DNA of 64,000 bases from Vicugna vicugna. Its lineage: Eukaryota. The translations under genes and the position numbers were made by a program. Location: positions 753,303 to 817,302 of the forward strand of contig MU057640.1 in assembly GCA_013265495.1 (NCBI GenBank), given 5' to 3'. Of this stretch, positions 1-12,644 are shown piece after piece; positions within the stretch are counted from its first letter, which is position 1, and each line of letters starts with the position of its first letter. The notes under the pieces are model-generated. The model was not told the origin of the DNA, searched no databases, and saw nothing but the letters and a program-made list of their open reading frames with translations.

Positions 1-826
1 CACAGAGGACGTCTCTGGATCTCTGCTCAGTTCTACCCACCTCCTGGGAATTGCACCCCAACATGTACACAGGGTGACTTTAGGTGTGGAGGTAGATAAA
101 AGGTGGTGCTGTGTACTTATAAGCCCTGCTCCTGCCCATGGATGGCTTGTTCAGGAGTGGACACCAGACCCAAGCTGAGTTAACGTCCTTTTTCTCCAGC
201 ATCAGCAGTAGCAATTGTAAAGTGACAAAGTTCAGGGGCTGGAGATGGTCCTGTTTCCTAACATCTTTCTGTGATGAAAGTGAATGAGGCCATCGCGGGG
301 AGTGCAGTAGGACCAGAGATGAAGACGGGGTCTCAGGTGCTCGAGGCCCTGGCTCCAGCTATTCTTGAGCTTAGTAGCATCACAGTCCTTCCCAGAGTTC
401 AAGTTTGCAGCACCTCCTTGTATCCTGCCCACATATATTTCTTTTAGCTGACCTGGGTCCAGGTTGGGGTTATATTACTTGGAACCAAATAATACAGTTG
501 AAAAAATGATGAAGGTAATGAGGATGTGAAGGCAGTTCATTGAGGCAGCCCTTGGTAGCATTAGCCAGAGAGGTTTCCCCTCCCCCAGAGCATGCACTTC
601 CTTGCAGGGCACAGACAGCAAGATGAACAGAGTCTGCTCGGGACACACGAAGACAATGACGAGGCCAGGCAGGCAATGAAGGTGGGAGCAATGGTCAGTA
701 CAAAGTACTACATGAGTCTAAAGTCAATACTGGTAACTACAGGAAGCCTTGAGATAACTGGAAAAGCACAGAGGGAGCACAAAAGAGGGGCATGGAAAGA
801 GCTTTCAAGAATGCCTGGCACGAAGT

Positions 827-940
827 GGGGGAGGGTATAGCTCAAGCGGTAGAGCGCATGCTTAGCAAGCACGAGGTCCTGGGTTCAGTCCCTGGTACCT
901 CCACTAAAAAGAAATAAATAAAACCTAAAAAAAAAAAAAA
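827..940 (+). mobile_element. tRNA-derived SINE, camelid Vic-1-like
   Basis: ggggagggtatagctcaagcggtagagcgcatgcttagc...gggttcagtccc (A and B boxes), A-rich tail, TSD aagaatgc[c/t]tggcacg at 807-822 and 940-955. Confidence 0.88.
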
Positions 941-1024
941 AGAATGCTTGGCACGTAACAGCACACAAACAGCAATGGTGCACTGACAGCTGGGTACCAG
1001 CGGCACAAAAGCTGAACAGGGAGG

Positions 1025-1415
1025 TGTTAACAGACTGAATTGTGTCCCTCCCCAAACTTCATAAGTTGAAGCCCTAACCTCCAATGTGGCTGTTTGGGGA
1101 GGCAGAGCCTTTAAGAAGGTAATTAAAGTTAAGTGAGGTCATAAGGGTGGGGCCCTAATCTGATAGGACTGTCCTTATAAGAAAAGGAAGAGACAGAGAG
1201 CTCTCTGTCCTCTGTGTGTGCACAGAGGAAAGGCCATGTGAGGACACAGCCAGAAGGTGGCCGTCTGCAAGCCAGGAAGAGAGGCCTCACCAGAAACCAG
1301 CCCTGTGGGCAGCTGGATCACGGACCTCCAACCTCCAGAACTGTGAGAAAATAAATGTTGTTTAAGCCACCAAGTCTGTGGTGTTTTGTTACAGCAGCCT
1401 GAACTGACGATTACA
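1025..1415 (+). mobile_element. MaLR solo LTR (MLT1A/B-like)
   Basis: TG...CA ends; typical motifs gactgaattgtgtccc, ccagaactgtgagaaaataaa, ttgttacagcagcc. Confidence 0.8.
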
Positions 1416-2264
1416 GAAGGAGATGAAGAAAATAAACATGGGAAATCCAGAGGCAGTCCATTAGGAACAAAATTTCTCATCTAGCAGTTTTAACATCTTT
1501 GTCCCCTTATCCCTGCCTCCTGACTCGTACATGGTTTTGTCATTTTCAAATGACAAATTCTCACATCTTCAGAAGATGTGGATGTACCAATTGTTAGCAA
1601 ATGTGCTATCCACCATCATTCGGTATTTTGAAATAGTCCTTGGGTGGAGGTGTGGAGCTGGCTGATGGGTCCACATACTACTGCCCATCTCCTTAGGGTG
1701 AGCGGCAAAACTTTGCCACGTGGCCACCAGGGGAACAGCCTGTGGTAAGTCAGTCATTTAGCTGACATTATTCAGCACCTACTAGTGTCATGAATTAGTG
1801 AACAGCTCCCCAGATCACGGGAAGATGCTGGCACTGAGCTATCAGCAAAGTCACAGCTTCCAGCTCCATCCACCAGTCATGGGTTATTAGATATACTCAT
1901 ATATTGCACAGTTACACACACATATAAGGAGGAGTTATTATCTCTCTATATTATATATAATGGGGGGCTATTAATGAAACCTTTCCCACTTAGACTACTA
2001 ATGAAGTTCTCCTTTGAGAAACCTGGGGAGGAAGGAAATAATAGACAGGAATTTAGAAAACTTTTAGTCCAACCACTTGAAAATTTTTGAGAAAAAAGTT
2101 TTAGATTTCATCCTCTCTCCCTTAACAACAACAACAACAACAACAAAAGACTCATAATTTTTGCTACAAATTGTATGGAGTGTGACCCCAAAAAGTATGG
2201 CGGGTGATTTGGGGGAAAAAGAGATGCTGTCCATCATGGATGGAGGGGTGCCTAAGAAGGAATC

Positions 2265-3085
2265 TGTGAAATAATAGAAAATATGTGTTTGGGGTCCTGA
2301 CACAGGGCTCCTGAAGCCCTTGTAATCTCCTGAGTGATAGGAGTCTTTTGTGCTAATGAGGCCACTCTGGGTGGGCTCATGGATGGCTCCTGGTGGGGGG
2401 GCTGGTCACTGGAAAGACCAAGCCATGATTAGAAGCTTGGCATTTTCAGCCCCGTGCACTATTCTTGAGACGGGAGCAGAACTGGAAATGGAGTTAATAA
2501 CTGATCATGCCTATGTGACAAAGCCTCCACAACATCCCAATAGCATGGGACTCAGAGAGCTTCCAGGTTGGTGAACACATCACACTGGGAGGGTGACGCC
2601 CCCCAACTCCACAGGGACAGAAGCTCCTGGATTCAGGACCCTCCCAGATCTTGCCCTGTGTACCTCTTCATCTGGCTGTTCATCTGTATCCTTTATCATA
2701 TCCTTTTATAAACTTGTAAGGAAGTAAGTGTTTTCCTGAGTTCTGTGAGACACTACAAATTAATCAGACCCAAGGTTGGGGTCATGGGAACCTCTGATTT
2801 GTAGCCAAGTCAGAAGTTGTGGGTAACCCGGGGACCTACTACGACTGGCATCTGAAGTGGGTGGGAGTCGTCTTAAGGGACTGAGACCTTAATCTGTGGG
2901 ATCTGACGCTATCTCCAGGTAGACAGTGCCAGAATTGAGTTAAATTGCGGGACATCCAGCTGGTGTCATTGCCTGGTGTAAGGAAAAATCCCCACACATC
3001 TGGTGTCAGAAGTGCCGTGAGTGTGGTAGGACCATGAGAGGAAAGGAGAAACACAGAGCAAGGAGGACTGGGTTTTCCCTACACA
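2265..3085 (+). mobile_element. Solo LTR, MER21-like
   Basis: TG...CA termini with a perfect 5 bp TSD GAATC (2260-2264 and 3086-3090); internal ggggctggtcactggaaagaccaagccatgattaga resembles MER21. Family name from memory. Confidence 0.75.
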
Positions 3086-4605
3086 GAATCCCAAGAGTGA
3101 AGCATATACGTGGCACTTGATTTACAAAGCAGGTGAGGGAGAAGATGGAGAGATGCTGTTAGACTCAGGGGAGAACGGACAAAGAGGGATGGCTTGCAGC
3201 TGGGGGAAATGATTATCCAAGGGAAACAAAAGCATGGAGTAGAAAGCATTATGGGACAGTGACTGTCATTACTCCTTTACAAACACAACACAAATGTGCT
3301 ACTGTATTCCCTGGGAAATTCACGTCTCTCCACGGGAAGGAAACCTGGAGACTGACCGTGAGAAGGGGTGAATAGGAGCGGGTGTTCGTACCCCTTTTTG
3401 GTTTGTGCAGTTTCTAAATGATGATGCACAAAAGGGACGCAGGCAGGAAGAGACCTGATTAGGAAGAGAGTGGAAAGCAGGGTAGCACCACAAACAGGGA
3501 AGAAGACAGCTTGGTTTCCGTTAATTCAATAATTTATTTTGTTTTTCATGTTGGAGAAGATGGAGAGGGGAGAGAACATAAAGAGTTCCTTGATTTCAGG
3601 TCACCCAGAGAAAACATATGCAACAGAAACTCGGGATGAGGGAAGGGACGTGAAGGTGAATTTAGCCCCCCAGGAAGAAGAGAATATGCCAGGCCGGGTA
3701 TTGTGACCCTTCTCGACCTTGGCCTGGATGGAGTCATTCTGGCTATAGTGTTACCTCTGATCATGTCTTTTCTATCGCCTAATGTGGGCTGAGAGAAAGG
3801 AGAAGCAAAGACCCTGTGGTGTCTGGAATTGCATTAAAGCAAAGTCATAAGGACCTCTTGGACCCCTTTCTTCCTCCCCTGAAGCTCTCATTAGACATGA
3901 AGTTCACGGACTTCCATCACCCTAGCAGGTTTTTAATAGACCCTTAGGGTATGCAGTCCCTTGCTGTCTTATCTTGTTTAATTAATTACATTTCATGATC
4001 ACAGAGGTCAGGAAGCAGAGGAGGGACCAGCTCCAATTTCAGGGAGCAGCAGTGATCTCAGATGTGGACAAGCAAGGTGATGGTAAAAAACCAATTCAGC
4101 AGTCAGTTGTGATGCACAGATGGCTCTGAGGGATGGGGTAAGGATGAGCCACATACAGGAGCAGACATAAAATGACACAATGCCATCTCTCTGCGTGAGG
4201 CAGCGCAGTGTGATCTGTGCAGGGACTGGCTGGAGCTCAGTGCCACCAACGGTGGGGAGAAGTCTCTGGGGAAATAGCAAAATAGAGACTTTCCAGATTA
4301 TTTGGAACTAAAACATATAGATTTTTGCCTTTTCAAAGTTGGTTTGTTCAGTGCTGGAAGGCTTGGGTGAATAAATAATGGATTCCCTTGAGGGCTCTGG
4401 CAAAAAGGAAGACCTCATCTATTTGGCAACTTCAACTACTGAGGAAACATAGGTAAGATAAGTGACCAAAAGGGCCTCCGAGCAGAGTCTACAATGAAAT
4501 AAACTCTGTGCTCTAAGGCTCACTGTCTGTTACTCAGAAAAGCACACAGACTCTTTCCTCTTGCTTTAGGATTGAGGCTAAGGAACTCGGTTATTTGATT
4601 TCTTG

Positions 4606-5102
4606 GTGTGGTAGATCAGTTTAAAAAATGGAGTCTATTTTCCCAGCCTTTGCATCTGGTCTGGGCTTGTGGTTTGCTTTTGTTGACAAAACACAGCAGA
4701 AGAGACAGAGTGCCAGTTCTAAGCCTCAAGGTGCTCTGCACGCTTCTGCTCTCTTTCTTGGAGTTCTACTATCCCCACGTGAACAAGTTCAAACTAGCCT
4801 GCTAGAGGATGAGAGACCATGTGAGGGGGAGCCCCACGGTCCCAGCTGAGGTCATCCTGAGCCAGCTGAACCAAACTCGTGAGAGAGCCCAGGCAGGATC
4901 AGCAGAGTTGCTGGCCCAGTCCACAGAGGCACACAGACACAAGGGCAGCCCCGCAGGCACAGACATGTGTAAAAAGACACATGTGCACAGCCATGTGAGC
5001 ACAGAGACTGGCACATAGACGTGTGAGCAGTAGTAAATGCCTGTTGTTCGAAGTCACTATGTTGTGAGGTGGTTTGTTACTCAGCAATAGCTAACTAATA
5101 CA
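4606..5102 (+). mobile_element. Old MaLR LTR (MLT1 family)
   Basis: ctagaggatgagagaccatgtg and terminal ttgttactcagcaatagctaactaataca motifs. Confidence 0.65.
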
Positions 5103-5417
5103 CCTGGTCTGCTATAGGTTGGAAGTGGGATTAGTTTAGAGAAGAAGAAGGGCTACTGGAGACAAGTGTGAAGACAGGAACAAGAAAACAAGCTAGGGAC
5201 TAAAAAGCAGAAAAAGACCCTCAACATAATGGTCTGAGGCTGTTTAGGAAAGGGAAGCATTTTGTGGCACTTAGTGAGACCCTGATCACCGACAGTTTTC
5301 CAGCACAATATGAGAACACTGACCGGAGTTATCCAGAAAACTGAACTGAAGTGCAGTGTCCTTTCTTTAAAAAGGCAAGAGCATGAACCATGTTTAAGAA
5401 AGATTCTCATTCACAAT

Positions 5418-5668
5418 AGTTAGAGGAAAGGGGGTGGAAAGGGATAAATTAGGAGTTCAAGACTTGCAGGTACTAACTACTACATATAAAATAGATAAAC
5501 AAGTTTCAACTGTACAGCACAGGGATCTATTTCCAGTATCTTATAGTAACCTATAATAAAAAAGAATATGAAAATGAATATATGCATGTACATGTATGAC
5601 TGAAACATTATGCTTACACCTAAAGTTGACACAACATTGTAAACTGACAATGCTTCAACTGAAAAAAC
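5418..5668 (+). mobile_element. 5'-truncated L1 3' end (camelid/artiodactyl type)
   Basis: gggataaattaggag...aaaatagataaacaag...acaacattgtaaactgac followed by an A tail; similar to other copies in the window. Confidence 0.8.
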
Positions 5669-6199
5669 TTAAAGTGTTAACGTTATTTATCTGGAAAATT
5701 TATTTGTGTGTGCAAGGGCCACACCTTCTGAAGCAAAACTTGGGTGATATTTCAGAAAGGCTTTTGTACTGCTTCCAGGAAATGTAGTTTGGTTGCCATG
5801 ATGTTCGCATTTCGGGGACATCTGACCACTCTTGGGGACAATGGGACAGAATAGTTGAAATCAGGATGACCCAAGAAAATCTGTACAGAAAGGCCAGCCT
5901 CTTCATGTACAGCCCCTCCCTCCTCAAAAGTGCCGGATGAGTGGTGCCATGGGAGGCAGCCAAGGCGGGGCACACAGGCTGCTGACAACAGGGCCAGCCC
6001 TCAGCAGCCTGTGGGGGCTCTCTGTGCGGGAGACTGAAAAGAGAGAGAGTGGGAGGAATTGTGTTAACACAAAACTGCCATCTGCAGGGCCAGCCTCGTT
6101 CCTTGGCCTGCCCTCTGTTTGTTCCTCTGGACAGGGCACATCCAGCTCATTCCATCTTATGCACTTGAATTCTGCTCCTTTCCAAAGCACCACTAAGCC

Positions 6200-6420
6200 C
6201 TGCACTGGAAAATAATAACCATTCACGTTCATTGCACGTGTAGTAAGTGCCAAGGACTTGATCAAGCTCTCGCCATGGATTAACTCATTGACGCTGCTAA
6301 GAGCTACTGCTCTCTCCCCTTTAAAGAGGTGGAACAGAGGCACAGAGAGGTGAAGCAACTTGCCTAAGGTCACACAGTTAGAAAATGGCTGAGGCGGGAT
6401 CCAAACCCAGATGGCTGGTT
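6200..6420. mobile_element. MIR SINE
   Basis: Core gaggcacagagaggtgaagcaacttgcctaaggtcacacag. Confidence 0.7.
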
Positions 6421-7356
6421 CCATACCCGTCCCCTAAATTGTTCTGTTCTATGCCTTTAGTTTGCAGAGTTTCCTTATTCTTTTTCCAGCTGGGTCTGGT
6501 TGCACCCTTTGACTCATCCTTGACCTTTGCCTTTTTAGAACCGGACCTTTATAACCACCTTCCCCCCAGCCTCTGCCCAGGACCAGTTTTCGGGGAACTA
6601 AGTGAAAAACGATGTGCCCCTGTTCTCCAGGGGCTGCGGTCCTTTGCCTGATGGCTTCTGGTTAATGACCACTGTCCCCTGGGAGCAGGCCCAGGGACAC
6701 CAGGGCTGGCATAGGGACGAGGTCCCCACCTGAGATTGCTCTGGTGAGCAGAGCAGTCGCACCCAAGGCCAGCTGCCAGCGCCACCTCCCTGTCCCCACC
6801 CTTGCAGAGCCGCTGACAGTCCAAGGCTCCAGGCTGCTTTATCTCCCGCTAACACCCGGCTCCTCTCCCTCCTCCTATCTGGGGGTTTCCTTGTGACTTT
6901 AATGAAAAACCCTTGTGTCACATTGCAAAGTTGCCAGTTATTGCTGCTGGGAATAAAATCTGGTCTCTGCTGGGCGGAGACTCGTGAAAGCTTCAGGCTG
7001 GGGAGTGAGGAGTGGATGGCTGGAATGAATAATCTCTTCAATGTGAGCAGCCTCTCAAGCGTAATTAGATGCTGCCAGGTGGGGCCCCTCCCTGACCGCA
7101 GGGAAACAAACAAACAATAGGTGCTGCCCGGCTCCCCTTCCGCACCGGGCTAGCTGCTGCCCCCCCTCGGCGCACCTGCAAGGTTGGCCTCCCTCCAGCT
7201 GACTGGCTCTGGATCTCTCTCCACACCCCAAAGAGAAGACGAAGCTGGGGTCCCCTTTGATGTGAGCTCTCAGGTCACTGTGAATGGTAGACTGTGGCTT
7301 CCCCAAATCCTGAGACCTGGTCAGTCAACTGCAGAGTATTCAAAATGCAGGTTCCC

Positions 7357-7641
7357 AAAAAAAGACTCATGGCCATAGAAAAACTGGTTACCAAAGGGGA
7401 AAGGGCAGGAGGGATAAATTAGGGGTTGGGGATTAACAGACACATACTACTATATATAAAATAGATAAACAACAAGGACCTACTGTAGAGCACAGGGAAC
7501 TATATTCAATTTCTTATAATAACATATAATGAATCTGAAAAGAAAAAAAATACATGTATGTATATATGTAACTGGATCACTTTGCTGTACACCTGAAACT
7601 AACATTGTAAATCAACTACACTGCAATCACTATTTTTTTTT
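7357..7641 (+). mobile_element. 5'-truncated L1 3' end
   Basis: ggttaccaaaggggaaagg...aacaaggacctactgtagagcacaggg; approximate TSD aaaatg[ca/tg]ggttc at 7342-7354 and 7642-7654. Confidence 0.8.
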
Positions 7642-8167
7642 AAAATGTGGGTTCTCCGGATCTACTGGGAACCACTGAACCCAACTCCCCAGCACTAGGC
7701 TTGGGACTCTCCTTCATTAACCCACTCCCCGACTTGGATAATCAAAACCACGGACCCAGGCAACCAGACCCAAGGAAAGATGCTGTCACACGCACGATCT
7801 CCTACGATCGCAAACTCCAAGTGCTCTTCCAAGGCTAGCCCTGACCCTCACTAACACCAGGCCGGCCACTCCGGTCCCTTTTTTACAGAGAAAGAAGCTC
7901 ATAGTTCCTCACAGGCTCTGACACAAATGGAGTCAAAATCATCCCAGCTATTTCCCCCACATGCTCCCTTCTGGGAAAAAGGCGACCACAGTGAGATCTA
8001 AAAAGCAGTTTTACAGCTGGTACTCCGAAAGTCCCCTATTATGAGAGCGCGGGGAGGTGGCTCCCCAGCCGACAGGCTTCGCTGAAACTGCGACTTCAGA
8101 ACACCGTGGTCTAAACGTGAGGTGAGCTCCAGCCGCGGCAACCTTCTCAAGTATGTGCATTAGGGAA

Positions 8168-8375
8168 ATCAGTAATCCTCAACAGGGTCAATTCTGGCCC
8201 TCCTGGGAACGTTTGGCAATGTCTGGAGACATTTCTGGTTGTCATAACTGTGAGCTGGGGTTTTGGCATCTAGTGGGTAGGGTTCAGGGATGCTGCCGAA
8301 CATCTTCTCATGTACGGGATGGCCTCCTACAACAATGAAGTATTCTACCCCGAACGTCAATCGCGACACTGCCGC
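8168..8375. mobile_element. MER20-like hAT DNA transposon fossil
   Basis: tttggcaatgtctggagacatttctggttgtcataactg...ggcatctagtgggtag...ggatgctgc. Confidence 0.7.
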
Positions 8376-9384
8376 CAAGTCCTGAAATAGATACCAGATG
8401 CCACCAAAGAGATGAGAGACCCAATCCAGGGGTGTCTCTGGCCACCCGAAGGCAAAGCGTGAGTTCAGGTTTTGCATTTGGAAACGGGGTTTTATTTGCC
8501 TCAATTTGTTGTTATCTATCTAGAAACAAGATGTAGATCAATCCAGGGGCCAGCAGAGAAAGGCTTACAGGTTGAACACCCAGCCAGCCCTCTGTGTGAG
8601 GTGGGCTTAAAGGACCTACTTTACTGTGACAGCCAATAAACACTAAGGCCCAGCTTAAGCCCTTGATCCTTCAGATACTAGTCATCGCTTTAGCGGGAGC
8701 ATATGGATGAACAAACCTTCTGTCTGGGGCCGCTTGCTCAGACTTACTCCATACAGATCCCCCCACCCCCGGTAGTCTCCCCTCTTTACTGAGAGTCCCA
8801 AAACAGACCAGTTAGTTGACAAAACTGAGTCTCCCATGAGTTAACAGAGGGGAACCAGCTACTGGCGCAGACTGTAGCACAAAGCTCCTGCAGCCAGCAG
8901 GCTGGAGGTGCCAAATATTTCTTTACAGTTGATTTGATGCAGTTTGGAGGTTGATGGTGTGTGGAGGTGGAACGCCTCCTGATGGTCCAGTCCCCTCCTG
9001 TTTGTGGAGCCAGCACCTCAAAGGGCACACATAATTTCTTTCCCCCTATAAAGTGAATCTAGGCGTTTTATAGCTGAGAAGGGAGCAATTCCGTTTGAAT
9101 TAATCAAGAGGCTGAAGGTAAAAGTGCATTATGTAGCTTTTAAGGATGTTCTTCCTTGATTGGCAAGGTCCTGCAGCCACTCCCCAGAAAGCTTGCAACA
9201 GAACATTTCTTGGCATCAGTCAAGGGAGGTCTTGGTTGTACTCACACAGAGCCTGTGGTTTTTTCACCCATCAGCTTAAGAAATGACTATGGTCTGCCTC
9301 TTGGTACATGCTGGTTAGCCATAACCCTGTAACATTTCTCCTTTGTTAAATCAGAAGAAAGCAGTAATATTAAAGGAAACATAC

Positions 9385-9446
9385 CTTTCAGCCACTTTGG
9401 ACATTTTTAAACAATGTCTGTCAATCTGTGCATTCAAAAATGTTAT
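9385..9446 (-). CDS. RGS6: RGS6 coding exon (~exon 12, 62 bp), GGL domain N-terminal part: [20 protein letters not shown](S)
   Basis: Acceptor ccccag|ATA, donor AG|gtatgt. Confidence 0.95.
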
Positions 9447-10518
9447 CTGGGGAAAGGCAGAACAGAAGTGTGAAGACCAAATGGGAATATTTTCCACCCT
9501 TCACCCCAGGAACCCATATCCTGTATTTCCACCAAGATCCAACACTTCCTTTGGACAGACTTCTCCAGTCCTCCAACTTTACAGTTTGCTTTTTTGGAAA
9601 TTCCTATCACACTTGAGAAACACACTCTACAATTTAGCCCATGTCACATGTTCTCCTGTACTGTATTATAACTCGTCTTGATTCCCAAAACTTGAAGGTT
9701 GTTTACACTCTATAAAGCTTAGCAACAGCATGGAGGTAACACACACCCCGTAAATATCTGGTTTGACTACTCTCCAGTGATCTTCTACTCAGCTTTCACA
9801 CCTACACCGCACCTGTGTACTTGGTGTCCTTGACTAGAATCACTGAGTAGCTATTTTACATACATCTGTTTCCTTTTCCCTACCCAACAATAAACCTGTC
9901 AACGCAGGCCCCTCACAATTTACTCCTTTGGGTGCCCCCCAGAAGCCAGTAAAGAATAATGCAATGAGTAGACTCTGAAGTCACTTCATTACTAGTGAAC
10001 CCCCGGAAGGGAGTGATGTAATTAGCTAGCGTATGCTGACCTGGGTTGACCAGTTAACTTCTCATTATGAGTTAAGATAACATGGAACCAAGCAACGCTG
10101 AAATGGCATCGCGAGTAAGGCTTGCTTTATTTGCCAACTTTCCTTTTGAACGGGAGCAATAAAGTTGGTGGTCCTGAGCTGGCTTCCTCTGAAAGCGTAT
10201 TACAATTTTAAGGGCCCCCCTCCTCCAGCCCCCACAGTGTCTTGTGGGAAACCTGACCACGCCAGTCAGCCCACGGCACTGGGCTAACTCACTTACGTCC
10301 TTTTCTAATAACTGCTGGAGGAACCAGGTGGAGAATTTTTCCTCTCCAGCCTCTGTGAATTATTCACACACAGCACTCAAAGGTTCAAGTCACCCATAGC
10401 TGAGTTCCACTGTGCTTTCTAAGAACTCAAAGCTCAGTCAGCCTTCAGAGGTGAACACTCAAAAGGTTTTCAAACTGGCCACGTCTCCTCCTGAGAGCAC
10501 AGTAGCCAATTCACTCAC

Positions 10519-10617
10519 CTGTTTCCGGACGTCCTCTTTTGTAGTTTTCCTGATCGGCTGACTGGGGATGTGCACTGGGCTTTGCGACTGGGATTCTTCA
10601 GTCACACCGTACACTGA
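10519..10617 (-). CDS. RGS6: RGS6 coding exon (~exon 11, 99 bp): [33 protein letters not shown]
   Basis: Acceptor ctctag|TCA, donor CAG|gtgagt; phase 0-0. Confidence 0.95.
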
Positions 10618-11308
10618 CTAGAGAAGAAACAAGAATGTTTATTCATGCACCTTGAGAGTTGAAGGGGCCCAAAGGGTCAGCTAGTTCAAGCACTCATCTG
10701 ATGCTGCTAATTCCCTCTATGACATCCTGACGATGAATTTCTGCTTGAATGTCTCCAATAACGGGAACCCTGCCTCCTGAGGCAGCTGGTCCCATCTCTG
10801 GGTTACCACTGTTAGAAAATCCTTCCTTTTATTGAGCTGAAATGGTCTTCTTGTCTATCTGTTTCTTCAAGGACAGTGCATAGACCATCTGCAAAGAATT
10901 ATCTTGGATACTTGGTAAAGATGTGCATTGCTGAGCTCCACCCCAGACCTCTTGAATCAGAATCTTTGTGGGTGTGGTTTGGGGACCTTCATTTTCATCC
11001 AATGCCCCAGGTGATTCTGAGACATGAGAAAGTGTAAGAGCAATTGCTGAAGATTATGCACAAAAGATCCGCTCCAGATTTTCTGTTGGTCTGCAGGTGA
11101 TGTGCCCGTCTGGTACAAACTCGAGATGGCAGCGATTCTCATTTTTTTCCTTTTAAGCTAATCCATTTTGTGGACTCACTTTTTCCACATCCCCACAGCT
11201 ATGGCTACTTTTTAATCTGTTCCTTTTGTTAGAGTCAGATGAATGACAATCTTTGTTCTGGGAAAGAAATAAAAGCCTGATGGGTATACAATTTATTGCT
11301 GAAATCTA

Positions 11309-11386
11309 NNNNNNNNNNNNNNNNNNNNNNNNNNNNNNNNNNNNNNNNNNNNNNNNNNNNNNNNNNNNNNNNNNNNNNNNNNNNNN
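11309..11386. other. Assembly gap (78 N)
   Basis: Run of n characters in the intron between RGS6 exons 10 and 11. Confidence 1.
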
Positions 11387-12088
11387 AGGGGATCTTATTA
11401 AATGAGGACATTTTAAGACTAACATCATAGCGTTGAATACAGGGGGCATCAATATCTCAAGGAAGAACAAAATGTGTAAGTAAATTCAAGAAGCTGATAC
11501 ATATGTCATGTCACAAATTTAGATGAGCGAGAGCCATTGCCCCAGTATAGTGAAGCACGAATGACCACTGGTCACTTACAGTTGGGCGAGATGGTGGCTT
11601 GACTTTGGGAGACCTGGCTGTACTAAAAGACTTTCATTTGTTTCCAAGTCCCCAGCTGGCCTTCGCCTTGGGGATTTCCCGACTTTTTGTTCCTTTCGTT
11701 TCCTTTCCTTTCTGCTGCCACCCCAGAACCAACTGCTACTAATCCTTCAGACCTCCGCACCCTTGAGTCTGCTATGGAAGCCCTTGGGAAGAAGCCCTCA
11801 GTCTGGCGCCCCCTCCTGGTGTCCCTGAACCATCCTGTTCTTCCCACTGTTGGTTTGCTTCATGCCCACAGGCTGTGGGCTTCGTAGCACTTGTCACTGT
11901 ATTTCCATAGCCAAAACAGTGCCAAGCACATGCCATCCACTCCATAAATATTTGTAGAATGAGTGAATGAAATGGCTTCAAAGGACGAAATGGGGAAGAA
12001 TTACAACTAGCAAATTACTATCTGAACAGTACCAGAAATGGAAGGGTGATTCCCATCAAGAATTTTAAATTCAGCTAAACTAGCGAAC

Positions 12089-12163
12089 CTTTTTAACTTT
12101 TTGCGGGTTCTTCAAACGTCGACATTTTCTGATATCCATTTCTGTTGTGTTCACACAGCCTGG
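12089..12163 (-). CDS. RGS6: RGS6 coding exon (~exon 10, 75 bp): [25 protein letters not shown]
   Basis: Acceptor tctcag|CCA, donor AAG|gttcgc; phase 0-0. Confidence 0.95.
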
Positions 12164-12644
12164 CTGAGAAAAAAATCATCATATAAATTACTAAGTGAAA
12201 ATCAAACATTCCAACTGGGCTCAAGTGACACCATCAGAAACAATCTTTATCTTTCCTGTTACAGATAAATACATGATTATCTCCATTTTGCCATTTGCAA
12301 CATTTTTTTTTACAAAGATGTCTCATCTTCAATATGCGTTCCTCTGCAGTTCTCATATGAAATAAAACAGCTCACCTCATAGTATCTAAGGATGATATGT
12401 AGAGGGTAGTGTACAGTTTATGAGTGAATTTATTATTCAAAGTGGGGAGATGGCTTGTCACGGCCTTTGTTATTCCACACACTGAACCATCTAAAAACAC
12501 TGCAGTATCAGGATGGGGAAGTATCTCTCTCTCTTTTTTTGGTTTTAGTTTTAATCAGCCTTGAGGAAGCCTGACATAGTTTATTCATTCTAGTTCCATT
12601 TCATGAGGAAAATACAAGATTTGTTTTAATAATGGGAAATTAGA

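Noticed and set aside
827..902. tRNA-Ala-like gene
   Set aside because: It has an A-rich tail and TSD, so it is a SINE head rather than a tRNA gene.
1..9384. Next RGS6 exon (LIAYTEQYVEYD..., rest of the GGL domain)
   Set aside because: Not found by eye in this interval; presumably beyond the window edge, so not evidence of exon loss.
11309..11386. Gap hiding a missing RGS6 exon
   Set aside because: Exons 10 and 11 join in frame and match the expected protein without it.
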